DNA of 64,000 bases from Tenericutes bacterium ADurb.BinA124 (GCA_002068415.1 MVZM01000003.1:40306-104305), one strand, 5' to 3'. Counted from the first letter of the stretch, positions 1 through 8,310 are shown. Translations and numbers: made by a program. The notes: generated from the sequence alone by a model not told the origin.

Positions 1-802
1 TGGTAACAGTCCCGACATAATATTGACCTTCTTGAGTTAAACTCAATAAAGAAGCACCACCAAGAGCATCTTGCGTAGTAACGGCAGCTGGTACCGATAC
101 TTCTTCAACTCTAAGCGGATAATCCCCCGTTTTAACATGATAGTAATTAACGGCGCCATAAGCATTAGTTAAATCAGCGGCATCGAGAGAACCTAGTTCG
201 GTATTAGAAGCCGAAGTCGGTAACTCATAAATAATGGGGGAATCACTGGACCCAGCCTTAATTACCGAAATTCTTGTAGAGTCGGCGGCATAGTATCTTA
301 TTGCTCCAGAATCCGACGTAATTGTTTCGCCTTTTGCATTCACAAACGAACTGACATCGCAACTCCAAAGTTTACCGGTCGAAAATAGTGTTGCTTCTTT
401 CCAGTAAATAACTAGTTTTTCACTATTTTTCGTTCGTATTTTTAAATTGAATTGAATATAACCACTGGCAGCACTGTCGTCGTAACCTTTAATTGTTTTA
501 CCATCAACTGAAGTATTGGCTTGATATTTAAAACTAGGATATTGGGGGGGATAATGAGTCGATTCAATGTCATAACCGTTGAAAAGATAACCATTGATAT
601 GTTCAGTCGATAAATTTGTAAACCAGTTAATTCCATCGAGTGACATATCTAAACCTTCACCGGCTGTTACCGTAGCACTAAAGGATTCAACCTTATTGGT
701 ATTATTTAAAGTAAACCAAGCGTAAGTTGTTGTTCCTAAAATGATAGCGGAGAAGACAATTAGTAAGATAGAAATAAAAATTTTATTTGTTATTTTTGGC
801 AT
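1..802 (-). CDS. Paralog 1 of a secreted TasA/camelysin-like protein family (C-terminus beyond the window start). N-terminus: MPKITNKIFISILLIVFSAIILGTTTYAWFTLNNT.
   Basis: Open frame running off the window start. ATG at 802 is preceded by SD GGGTGG. The N-terminal K-rich, hydrophobic, GTTTxAWFT signal resembles the SipW-cognate signal-peptide class (TasA: GGTxAxFxD). Shares the ISLDG and WFT motifs with the ORFs at 901..1815 and 1847..2821. Confidence 0.55.
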   Translation of the reverse strand, partial: MPKITNKIFISILLIVFSAIILGTTTYAWFTLNNTNKVESFSATVTAGEGLDMSLDGINWFTNLSTEHINGYLFNGYDIESTHYPPQYPSFKYQANTSVDGKTIKGYDDSAASGYIQFNLKIRTKNSEKLVIYWKEATLFSTGKLWSCDVSSFVNAKGETITSDSGAIRYYAADSTRISVIKAGSSDSPIIYELPTSASNTELGSLDAADLTNAYGAVNYYHVKTGDYPLRVEEVSVPAAVTTQDALGGASLLSLTQEGQYYVGTVT

Positions 803-900
803 CTTAACCACCCTAATTCAATGTAATAAATTCAACATATTAAGAGAGAGGAGAAGTATAGAAGCCTATAATTCTCCTCTTGATATTAGAAATAGTCTAA

Positions 901-1815
901 TTATGCGTTAGTGTTTTTGAATACTAAGCCAATTGATAAAGTATCATCTAAAATAGCGTTAAAAGCATTTTGATCCCAACCTTCTAACCAAATAACGACA
1001 CTTACTGAACCGGTCCAATTTTTGGCAGCTCCTGTTAAAGTTATTAATTCATTATTGTCTAGGTCAGCTGGATCAGTAACAGTATTAGGAATAGCTGCAC
1101 CTGCAGGAACTGTTTGCACTACACCTTTAGCTGCGTTATAAGATTTTTGACCGGCTGTTAAAGCTTCTAATTCCGCTTTGCTTTTTTGCCCTAAAACAGT
1201 ATTTCCTTTAGAATCAAAATTCTCGGCTAATTCATAAATTACTGGATTATCAGCGCCGCCCTTAATAGAAATACGAGCAGCATTGGCAGCATAACGAGGT
1301 AAGTTAGCATCTCCTGCGGTTACGCTAGGAGTAGTTGCTCCAACGGCATCTGTAAAGCTAGCATCAGCTGTCCATTGTTTTCCAGTTGAAGTAATCGTAG
1401 CATTATTCCAATAAATTTTCGGAGCTATATCGGTATCATCCTTAGAACGGAAGTAAAGAGTAAATTTAATATAGTGGGTTCCAGCAGCCTCATTAACGCC
1501 TGTTGCTCCATCCATTAATGTAAAAGCCAGTCCGTCTGTCGAAGTTACTAAATCTAATTTGAAAGTTGAAGCATATTTACCAGTGCCAGCAGCGAATAAA
1601 AATTCTTCAATTTTAGCTTCAGTAAGAGTTGTATACCAATTGGTTTGATCTAATGAAATTTCAATACCTTGACCAGCGGTAACAGTTGCATTGAAAGGTG
1701 ATACAGTAGCGGTATTACTTAAAGTGAACCACGCGAAAGTAGTGGTGCCAAGAGCGATAACTGCAAAAGCGACAGTTAAGATCGAAATAAATAATTTGTT
1801 TGTTAATTTTCTCAT
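901..1815 (-). CDS. Paralog 2, secreted TasA/camelysin-like protein (304 aa). SipW-cognate-type signal LGTTTFAWFTLSNT; C-terminal motif IWLEGWDQNAFNAI.
   Basis: ORF track. RBS AGGAGA is 7 nt upstream of the ATG at 1815. N-terminal signal and C-terminal WLEGWD block are shared with neighbouring paralogs. Thr/Ala/Gly-rich mature region typical of beta-rich fibre subunits. Confidence 0.6.
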   Translation of the reverse strand: MRKLTNKLFISILTVAFAVIALGTTTFAWFTLSNTATVSPFNATVTAGQGIEISLDQTNWYTTLTEAKIEEFLFAAGTGKYASTFKLDLVTSTDGLAFTLMDGATGVNEAAGTHYIKFTLYFRSKDDTDIAPKIYWNNATITSTGKQWTADASFTDAVGATTPSVTAGDANLPRYAANAARISIKGGADNPVIYELAENFDSKGNTVLGQKSKAELEALTAGQKSYNAAKGVVQTVPAGAAIPNTVTDPADLDNNELITLTGAAKNWTGSVSVVIWLEGWDQNAFNAILDDTLSIGLVFKNTNA

Positions 1816-1833
1816 TTTTTTCTCCTATTTTTC

Positions 1834-1848
1834 TTTTTTTTTTTTTTT
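1834..1848 (-). repeat. Homopolymeric A15 tract (T15 on the plus strand) directly after the stop codon of paralog 3 and about 16 nt upstream of the paralog 2 RBS.
   Basis: Counted directly: 15 consecutive T at 1834..1848 on the plus strand. Confidence 0.9.
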
Positions 1849-2821
1849 AATCCGTGATGGACTTACCAGCCCGGAATTTTAATTGGATTCTAATTACATC
1901 ATTCACGATTGCATCGAAGCAATCTGCATCCCAACCTTCTAACCAAATATTCATGGTAACTTTACCAACATAATAAGTTTGGCCCTTACTATCTTTTTGG
2001 TCACTCACAATCAACTCCATAATCCTCGAGTTATCACTTACAGGAATGTAGGGGTTGTTTGGGGAAAATTTAGTTAGTTCATAAACCGTTTCGGGTTTCT
2101 GAGCTGGTGCTTCAATGATTCGACTCATTCGTTTACTAATGTAATCTAATGCACCGTACGAAACTCCGTATCCTCTGAGAGGATCTCCACTCGGATCAAT
2201 TATCACCTTTCTTAAAGATGAAGGAATCCGGGTGTCATAGATATTGTCATCGTGAACTTGTTCTACAAAAGCAATTCGCACTGCTTTACTAGCATAGTAA
2301 GTATTCCTTGTTCCTTCATGAACAACATCATTAATTGTATCCGTTCCATTAACGAAGGTCAGATCGGCCTTCCAACTTCTCCCGAGGGATACCACAAAGG
2401 TCCCATCACGTCCAGTATCAAATTCAACATCATTACTTATGTTATCAACGAGGTAAACAAATCGTTCAGCGGCTGTGGTGCGAAACCACATTGTGATAGC
2501 GACATAGTCACGGTTGGGGATAGCCTCCCCAAGACCGGTTGGACCTCCTGAACTGAAAGTTATACCATTGATAGAAGTAACATCATGCATTTGCAAGTTG
2601 GTTAACTGCTTAGCAATCAACTCACCCGGCAACTTGTTGTAGTAAGAAATACCATCTAAGGAAATTTGTAAGTCTTCGCCATTAGTGACATTAAGGACTA
2701 AGCCATCGGCGACACCCGTGTTGGACATCGTAATCCAAGCGAAGGTTACCGTCCCAAGCATGATTGCTGAAAGAGTAAGCGATAAAATGGATAATAGTAA
2801 TTTATTAACTAATTTGTTCAC
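1847..2821 (-). CDS. Paralog 3, secreted TasA/camelysin-like protein (324 aa). Signal LGTVTFAWITMSNT; C-terminal NIWLEGWDADCFDAI. GTG start.
   Basis: ORF track. GTG start with GGTGA SD. Same N- and C-terminal motif architecture as paralogs 1 and 2. Confidence 0.55.
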   Translation of the reverse strand: MNKLVNKLLLSILSLTLSAIMLGTVTFAWITMSNTGVADGLVLNVTNGEDLQISLDGISYYNKLPGELIAKQLTNLQMHDVTSINGITFSSGGPTGLGEAIPNRDYVAITMWFRTTAAERFVYLVDNISNDVEFDTGRDGTFVVSLGRSWKADLTFVNGTDTINDVVHEGTRNTYYASKAVRIAFVEQVHDDNIYDTRIPSSLRKVIIDPSGDPLRGYGVSYGALDYISKRMSRIIEAPAQKPETVYELTKFSPNNPYIPVSDNSRIMELIVSDQKDSKGQTYYVGKVTMNIWLEGWDADCFDAIVNDVIRIQLKFRAGKSITD

Positions 2822-2859
2822 GTTATTCTCTCATCACCCAATTTCCTTAAAGTGTATTT

Positions 2860-3564
2860 CTATTCCTCAGCGCCTACAATATCAAATTTCATCTGAATCC
2901 TAATCATCCCCCCTAATATTGAATCGACACAATCCGGATCTTCACCTTCCAACCACATAATTACACTATATTTTTTATACATGTGGGGTCGGAGGTTGGC
3001 AATCTTTCCTCTCGTCACAATTTCATCATCGATGAAGTAATTAGCCTTCGGCATCTCTTTCGGGTAATCATAGGGAACCGTATCAGGCTTTTGATACAAA
3101 TACTCATCGGTATCATCTTCGATAATTAATATTCTAACGGCTTCATCAACATTTTTGTAAGTATCAGTTATTTTTAAATGATAACCAACATCCACGGTTT
3201 CACTGCCAATGTTCTTGACATAGAAGGTATAGGCAACATAACGATAATCTTCATCGATATAATCGCCATCCGTTGCTTTAATCTCCGATAGCTTTAACCA
3301 GGAATAAGTAATATCTTTCACATCGATAACGGGATTAGCTAACAATCTTGGGGAAGGAGCTAAGAATTTATCGTCACTAGAAAGGATGATGCCACGGGTG
3401 AATGAATCGGGGTCAATCGACATAACGAAGTTTCCGGCTTGTTGACCATAGAAGGTGATGATGGCAATGGCTATTGATAGAAACGCCGTAATCAGCAAAC
3501 CGATGGTCACAGCTGTTGTTCGGACAGCAAATTTTCTAACTCCAAGCATTTTGGAAAGCCGCAT
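2860..3564 (-). CDS. Paralog 4 (234 aa), first gene of the operon. Divergent N-terminus with a single TM anchor (TAVTIGLLITAFLSIAIAIITFY) instead of a cleavable SipW-type signal. Retains the family C-terminal block MWLEGEDPDCVDSI...IRIQMKF.
   Basis: ORF track. ATG at 3564 with SD AAAGGCGG. The C-terminal about 30 aa align to paralogs 2 and 3. Its position and membrane-anchored N-terminus suggest an anchoring or accessory subunit (TapA-like role, by analogy only). Confidence 0.5.
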   Translation of the reverse strand: MRLSKMLGVRKFAVRTTAVTIGLLITAFLSIAIAIITFYGQQAGNFVMSIDPDSFTRGIILSSDDKFLAPSPRLLANPVIDVKDITYSWLKLSEIKATDGDYIDEDYRYVAYTFYVKNIGSETVDVGYHLKITDTYKNVDEAVRILIIEDDTDEYLYQKPDTVPYDYPKEMPKANYFIDDEIVTRGKIANLRPHMYKKYSVIMWLEGEDPDCVDSILGGMIRIQMKFDIVGAEE

Positions 3565-3584
3565 TCAAACACCGCCTTTCTTTG

Positions 3585-3685
3585 TGGAAATAAAAAATAG
3601 CCAGTATCATTCTAATAATGACAACTGGCTACCATTTCAGGCCCTTTAGCTTTGCGTCCCTAGATTTCTCTAAGTTTGCCTTTTA
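3585..3685 (-). promoter_or_regulatory. c-di-GMP-I (GEMM) riboswitch, copy 1 (proximal to the operon), with a terminator-type expression platform.
   Basis: Minus-strand RNA: AAGGCAAACUUAGAGAAAUCUAGGGACGCAAAGCUAAAGGGCCUGAAAUGGUAGCCAGUUGUCAUUAUUAGAAUGAUACUGGCUAUUUUUUAUUU. The core GGCAAAC-N5-GAAA-N4-GGGACGCAAAGC matches the conserved GEMM-I aptamer (compare V. cholerae Vc2 GGCAAACCAUUCGAAAGAGUGGGACGCAAAGCC). It has a GNRA-capped P2 hairpin CUUAGA-GAAA-UCUAGG, then an 8-bp hairpin UAGCCAGU/ACUGGCUA followed by U6, which I read as an intrinsic terminator. Sits 20-30 nt upstream of the SD and ATG of the 2860..3564 gene. Confidence 0.8.
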
Positions 3686-3734
3686 CATATCTTCTTGATA
3701 AAAAGATAAATAAAACTTATTAAATTATATCCTT

Positions 3735-3835
3735 AAAGAAAGAAAAAAGCCAGTATCATTCTTACAATGACAACTGGCTACCATTTCAGGCCCTTTAGCT
3801 TTGCGTCCCTAGATTTCTCTAAGTTTGCCTTTGAA
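3735..3835 (-). promoter_or_regulatory. c-di-GMP-I (GEMM) riboswitch, copy 2 (distal). About 95% identical to copy 1 and also followed by a hairpin plus U-tract.
   Basis: Minus-strand RNA: AAAGGCAAACUUAGAGAAAUCUAGGGACGCAAAGCUAAAGGGCCUGAAAUGGUAGCCAGUUGUCAUUGUAAGAAUGAUACUGGCUUUUUUCUUUC. Same conserved core as copy 1. Tandem arrangement separated by about 65 nt. Confidence 0.8.
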
Positions 3836-3859
3836 CATTTTTCTATCTTAAGTGCCTCC

Positions 3860-3888
3860 ATTCTAACACACCAATAAAATCTTGTCAA
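3860..3888 (-). promoter_or_regulatory. Sigma-A-type promoter driving the tandem riboswitches and the paralog operon (-35 TTGACA at 3888..3883, 17-nt spacer, -10 TAGAAT at 3865..3860).
   Basis: Read on the minus strand: TTGACAagattttattggtgtgtTAGAAT, about 25 nt upstream of riboswitch copy 2. Confidence 0.55.
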
Positions 3889-3930
3889 CAAAAATACAAA
3901 AATAATTATAAATAGTTCAACTATAATGGG

Positions 3931-5430
3931 TTATTTCTTTTTGTCAACACTTTCTTCCGGTTCTTTTAAAAGTTTTCCCTTCCAAGATTGACCTTCGATA
4001 TAGGATTTCAAATCATCACCTGACATCGGATAACCAAAATAATATCCTTGAACGACATTAATACCAAAATTGCTAACTTTCTCCAGCATTTCGTAATTCT
4101 CCACTCCTTCAGAAATAACAACCTTTTGGTTATTACGAGCAAAACCAACAAGCAGGGTGGCAAATTTTTCCGTCATATAGGACTCTTGCGTATCGCTTAA
4201 GAAAGACCGATCCAGTTTAATGATGTCAATCGGCATTTTTTCCAGTTTGGCAAGAGTTGCAAAATCCAGACCAAAGCCGTCAATAGCAATTTTAAAACCG
4301 ACATCTTTAAGTTTTTGAATATTCACCATAATTTCATCATAGCGCTCAAACAAGGCAAACTCCACAATTTCCAAAGTGATATTGGAAGCTTGTAAACGGT
4401 ATTTGCGTAAAATCTTCAAGAAATCAGCAACCAAAGTTAAAACAATCAATTGTTTAGGGCTCAGGTTTAAGGATAAGCGTAATTCTAGTTCCGGAAAATC
4501 TTTTTTAATTTCAAAGTATTGTTTAATGAGGTTTTCAATGCCCCATAAACCAACCCAATAAATATCCCCGGATTGCTCCATGATATTGATAAATTGGTGA
4601 GGAGACAAAACACCATGTTCCGGATGATTCCACCTTAATAAGGCTTCCGCCCCATATAAAGTTCCGTCATCGACATTGATAATAGGTTGATAATAAAGCA
4701 AAAACTCTTTATTCTTCATGGCTGTTTTAATTTGATAATAATAAGCCAAGTTTTCAAATTCCGTTTCATTGATGTCTTCGGAATAGAGCATGAAATCATT
4801 TCCGCCCTTTTTCTTCAACAAATAAATGGAAATCTTTAGAGAATTAATTAATTGTTTTAAACTACTTCCATGTTTGGGGTAAAAGCAGACCGCCACACAA
4901 GCCGTGGGGGTCACAAAGGTATCACTATAAATTTTAATCGGCGTGCGAACAACTTCTAACAGTTTCTTCGCCACTTCCAAACTTTGCAAGCGGTCATAAT
5001 CACCTTTTAAGAAAACCAAGAATTCATCACCGGTTAAGCGTGCCATTTGTACACGCTTCGGCAAAACATGGCTGAGGTTTTGGGCAATTTTCTCTAAAGC
5101 CCGTTCCGCTTCCTTTTCCCCAAAGGCATTGATAATATCGGTAAATTTATCAATATCGACATAAATGAGGGCGAAGGTCGTTTCCAACGAGCCCTTGGCA
5201 ATATAGCCGGAAATGGCACTCGTCAATTCGGACTTCGACAATAAGCCTTCTAACAAAACCGTCTTCTCTTCACGGAACTTAGCTCGTTCGCGAAAAACCG
5301 AGCGAATTAAAAAATATCCGAGCGTCGCCGTAACTGCGAGGGCAATGATCGAAAAAAAGATATAGGCACCATCATTAAAGTTGGCAAGAAACATGGGATC
5401 ACCTCTTGTATATTGTATCACAATCATCAA
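3931..5430 (-). CDS. Membrane-anchored GGDEF-EAL domain protein (499 aa) with non-canonical motifs: TGDEF instead of GG(D/E)EF; EAL present (EALLRW) but DGFGLD instead of DDFGTG.
   Basis: ORF track. N-terminal TM helix; RLTGDEFLVFL; YGAEALLRW. Likely a c-di-GMP phosphodiesterase or a degenerate receptor. Confidence 0.75.
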   Translation of the reverse strand: MMIVIQYTRGDPMFLANFNDGAYIFFSIIALAVTATLGYFLIRSVFRERAKFREEKTVLLEGLLSKSELTSAISGYIAKGSLETTFALIYVDIDKFTDIINAFGEKEAERALEKIAQNLSHVLPKRVQMARLTGDEFLVFLKGDYDRLQSLEVAKKLLEVVRTPIKIYSDTFVTPTACVAVCFYPKHGSSLKQLINSLKISIYLLKKKGGNDFMLYSEDINETEFENLAYYYQIKTAMKNKEFLLYYQPIINVDDGTLYGAEALLRWNHPEHGVLSPHQFINIMEQSGDIYWVGLWGIENLIKQYFEIKKDFPELELRLSLNLSPKQLIVLTLVADFLKILRKYRLQASNITLEIVEFALFERYDEIMVNIQKLKDVGFKIAIDGFGLDFATLAKLEKMPIDIIKLDRSFLSDTQESYMTEKFATLLVGFARNNQKVVISEGVENYEMLEKVSNFGINVVQGYYFGYPMSGDDLKSYIEGQSWKGKLLKEPEESVDKKK

Positions 5431-5456
5431 AAAAAGATATTGTTTTTTAAAACAAA

Positions 5457-8048
5457 TTATTTTTCTTTTGTTTTTGATTTCACTTTTATTTCTTTAGTTT
5501 TATTAATATTATACTCATTAATGAGTTTTAAAGCGACACTTTCGGGAACAGCGGCACTGATTAAATGCCCTTGAATGACATTACAGCCGCTTTTAACCAA
5601 AAATTGGTTTTGTTTATCATCTTCAACACCTTCCGCAATCACATCCAAGTCCAAGCTCTTGGCCATGGAAATAACTTTGGAAACAATAGCCCGCGAGAAT
5701 TTATCGGTATTGAGATGACGAACAAATTCCTTATCAATCTTAATGGTATCAATCGGTAAATCTTTTAAGTAGAGCATCGAACTGTAACCGGTCCCGAAGT
5801 CATCCAAATGAATATTAAAACCATGATTTTTCAAAAGCTTTAATTTTTCAATCACCGAGTCAAAATTAGTCATCAAGAAAGTTTCGGTGATTTCCACCGA
5901 AATGGCATGCGGTTTTAATTCAAAGCGGTCGTATATTTCCACAATCTCGCTGACAAACCCGGCTTGCAATAATTGAACTGGAGAAATATTGATGGAAATG
6001 TGCACATTATAAGGTTCAAATTCTTTCGCAATCCGGAAAGTATCTAAAATAACGAATTTACCGATTTCGATAATTAAGTTGTTTTGTTCAGCTAAGGCAA
6101 TAAAATGAGCCGGTGACTCCAATAAATACTTCGGATTATTCCAGCGAATTAAGGATTCAAAACCAACAATCCGCTCTTGTTCATTATCAAACTGCGGTTG
6201 CAAATACATGACAAATTCTTTTTCTTGAATGGCCTTGACCAAATCGGTTTCCATAATCTGTTCGCGGGTAATGTACTGTCCCAAACCGAGGTCATAAGTA
6301 ACATATTTAGCCGTCCGCGAGTTTTTGGCCCGTTTTAAAGCAACCATCGCATGATCATAAGCCATGGTTGGTGTTAAATTGCCATAGATTTCACTTTCAA
6401 TATTAAAGATTCCCATTTTCACATCCAAAATTAATAAGTTCTTATTAATTTCGACCGGATGCGCTAACAATTCGAGAGTGCTTTCCACCCATTTTTTAAC
6501 TTCATTAAAACTTTCAACGCGTTCAAACAAAACCACGAAGTTATCCGCTTCCGTATTAAAGAGCGTCGCATTCTTGTCTTTTAAGGATTCCTTAACAATA
6601 TTAGCAAGGGTAATTAAGGTTTCATCACCGATTTTCATCCCGAATAAATTATTGATGTTTTTAAAGGAACTGATATCAAAAGCAACCAAGGAATTAAGCA
6701 ATCCCAATGATTCCTCATTGTTAAACAAGTCCTTTAGTTTGGCTATTAAATAGTTTTTATTCGGTAATTTCGTCGTTTTTGTGTAGAGAGCCATATTCCG
6801 GTTCATCAAATAATCTTGTTCGCGGGCCGTAATATCTTCCCCTAACAAATAATAACCGAAGCCGGAGCGTAAGGGAATAAAGCGAATGAAGATTTCACTG
6901 CCAGAAATGGAAGTAAAGGAAGCCGTAAAGGGCCGTTGTTTGCGTAAATACGAAAGCACGGTCGTACTATCCACTTCGGTTTTAAAATCGCTTAAATATT
7001 GATAATCTTGATAGGACTGCAAATTGCTTTTACAAGTCTTATTAAAGTAGCGGATTTTCCCGCTGGCGGACACCCGAACAATATAGGGTTTGGAATAATA
7101 ATAAATCAAGCGCGCCGCTTCCACATCGGAGTTTTTCGTTCTTAGTAAATGATAAGTGCCAAATAAAACTACCGCAAACAAGAGCGCCACTAACACCAAA
7201 ACAATAATGAGCGACATCCCTAAATAACTCATGGAACTTAAAACATCAGTTTTTGCGAAAACATGGACCACAAACAAATGGCGGGTGGAAAAATCCTTTG
7301 ACAAAGGTGAATAAGCGAGGTAGGATTGTTTGCCATCAAAATTAACCATCGCTATTCCGGTTTTTCCGGCATAGAGATTGTCAACAATTTGGGCAATGTC
7401 TTCTTCGGCACTATTACCGCGGACATAATGTTCAAACAATTTATCACGGATAGTAAGGTGATCAATTTGGTAATTAATCAATCCGTCTTTACTAATGATG
7501 AAATACTGATTTTTGGGCGCATTGCTTACTTCAAGAAAGATGGGATCAAAATATTTAATGGCATCAAAAACAGCAATGTAATTGTCAATTTTGAAAAAGC
7601 CATAAAGGGTGGTATCGGTACTATCAATAAAGGCATCCGCAAACGCATAAATCGCTACCCTTTGATTATAATAGTCCGTTGACAAAAATTCTGTATTATA
7701 GAAATAATCAGTGCCATCAATAATGAAGCGATCCGCTTCCACACTACCAAAATACACATAGGGGTTGGTGCCGACCCTTATTTTCGCCTTTTGTGCATTT
7801 AATTGGCTGAGGATATCACCATCATTGGGATCGAGATTATTAATAACATCAGTTAATTTATCATAATCATAATTGATCTTTAAATCGACATTAAGGGCAA
7901 TCTTTTGATTAATGTAAAGCATGTTTTCCGCCGCTTTACCTTCGATAAAATGATCGGCAATGAAATAATAAGCTCCATAAGCGACCAAAGCGACGATTAT
8001 TAAGATGGCAGAGAACAAAATCGATATTTTAACGGTATAAGACTTCAT
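5457..8048 (-). CDS. Large membrane sensor protein (863 aa): signal-anchor, extracytoplasmic domain, second TM, degenerate GGDEF-like region, canonical EAL phosphodiesterase domain (ESLIRW...HLDDFGTGYSS).
   Basis: ORF track. EAL-domain motifs present. SD AGAGGAG 8 nt upstream of the ATG at 8048. Confidence 0.75.
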   Translation of the reverse strand: MKSYTVKISILFSAILIIVALVAYGAYYFIADHFIEGKAAENMLYINQKIALNVDLKINYDYDKLTDVINNLDPNDGDILSQLNAQKAKIRVGTNPYVYFGSVEADRFIIDGTDYFYNTEFLSTDYYNQRVAIYAFADAFIDSTDTTLYGFFKIDNYIAVFDAIKYFDPIFLEVSNAPKNQYFIISKDGLINYQIDHLTIRDKLFEHYVRGNSAEEDIAQIVDNLYAGKTGIAMVNFDGKQSYLAYSPLSKDFSTRHLFVVHVFAKTDVLSSMSYLGMSLIIVLVLVALLFAVVLFGTYHLLRTKNSDVEAARLIYYYSKPYIVRVSASGKIRYFNKTCKSNLQSYQDYQYLSDFKTEVDSTTVLSYLRKQRPFTASFTSISGSEIFIRFIPLRSGFGYYLLGEDITAREQDYLMNRNMALYTKTTKLPNKNYLIAKLKDLFNNEESLGLLNSLVAFDISSFKNINNLFGMKIGDETLITLANIVKESLKDKNATLFNTEADNFVVLFERVESFNEVKKWVESTLELLAHPVEINKNLLILDVKMGIFNIESEIYGNLTPTMAYDHAMVALKRAKNSRTAKYVTYDLGLGQYITREQIMETDLVKAIQEKEFVMYLQPQFDNEQERIVGFESLIRWNNPKYLLESPAHFIALAEQNNLIIEIGKFVILDTFRIAKEFEPYNVHISINISPVQLLQAGFVSEIVEIYDRFELKPHAISVEITETFLMTNFDSVIEKLKLLKNHGFNIHLDDFGTGYSSMLYLKDLPIDTIKIDKEFVRHLNTDKFSRAIVSKVISMAKSLDLDVIAEGVEDDKQNQFLVKSGCNVIQGHLISAAVPESVALKLINEYNINKTKEIKVKSKTKEK

Positions 8049-8148
8049 CGCTTGGCTCCTCTTTAACTAAATTAACTTAATTATACACTAAAAGTTGCTA
8101 ATTGCAAGGTATCTTTCATCAAGAATGATAGTTTCCGTTACAAAAAGG

Positions 8149-8178
8149 TTGAAATCTTCAATCTTTTTTGTTATAATA
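8149..8178 (+). promoter_or_regulatory. Sigma-A promoter for tRNA-Thr (-35 TTGAAA at 8149..8154, 18-nt spacer, -10 TATAAT at 8173..8178).
   Basis: Consensus hexamers read directly. The tRNA 5' end at 8192 lies 13 nt downstream of the -10. Confidence 0.6.
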
Positions 8179-8191
8179 CTATCTAGAAAAA

Positions 8192-8265
8192 GCTCCTATA
8201 GTTTAGTGGTAAAACAAAGCAATGGTAATGCTTAGATCCAAGTTCGATTCTTAGTAGGAGCACCA
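8192..8265 (+). tRNA. tRNA-Thr (anticodon GGU)
   Basis: Hand-folded cloverleaf. Acceptor GCTCCTA/TAGGAGC (7 bp), D-stem GTTT/AAAC, anticodon stem AAGCA/TGCTT with loop AUGGUAA (anticodon GGU), T-loop TTCGATT, 3' ACCA. One C-A mismatch in the T-stem. Confidence 0.8.
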
Positions 8266-8276
8266 TTGACTAATTT

Positions 8277-8310
8277 AAACAACCCCTTTTGATAGGGGTT
8301 GTTTTTTTTT
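8277..8310. terminator. Bidirectional rho-independent terminator (AACAACCCCT-loop-AGGGGTTGTT followed by T9), shared by tRNA-Thr (+) and the antiporter gene (-).
   Basis: 10-bp perfect stem with a flanking U-run seen in the sequence. Confidence 0.8.

Noticed and set aside
442-636. 64-aa minus-strand ORF inside paralog 1
   Set aside because: Lies in an alternative frame of the long open paralog-1 reading frame (<1..802). No RBS. Ile/Leu-rich as expected from AT-rich out-of-frame translation.
1691-1882. Plus-strand 63-aa ORF spanning the paralog 2 / paralog 3 junction and the T15 tract
   Set aside because: Antisense to two well-supported genes. Its poly-Phe tail is just the T15 homopolymer translated.
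2252-2551. Multiple 60-140-aa plus-strand ORFs antisense to long minus-strand genes (for example 2252..2551, 6478..6753, 7326..7682, 11345..11761, 21054..21497, 52338..52658, 56554..56823)
   Set aside because: Each lies fully inside a longer, homology-supported minus-strand gene. They lack RBSs and have low-complexity composition. Judged to be shadow ORFs.
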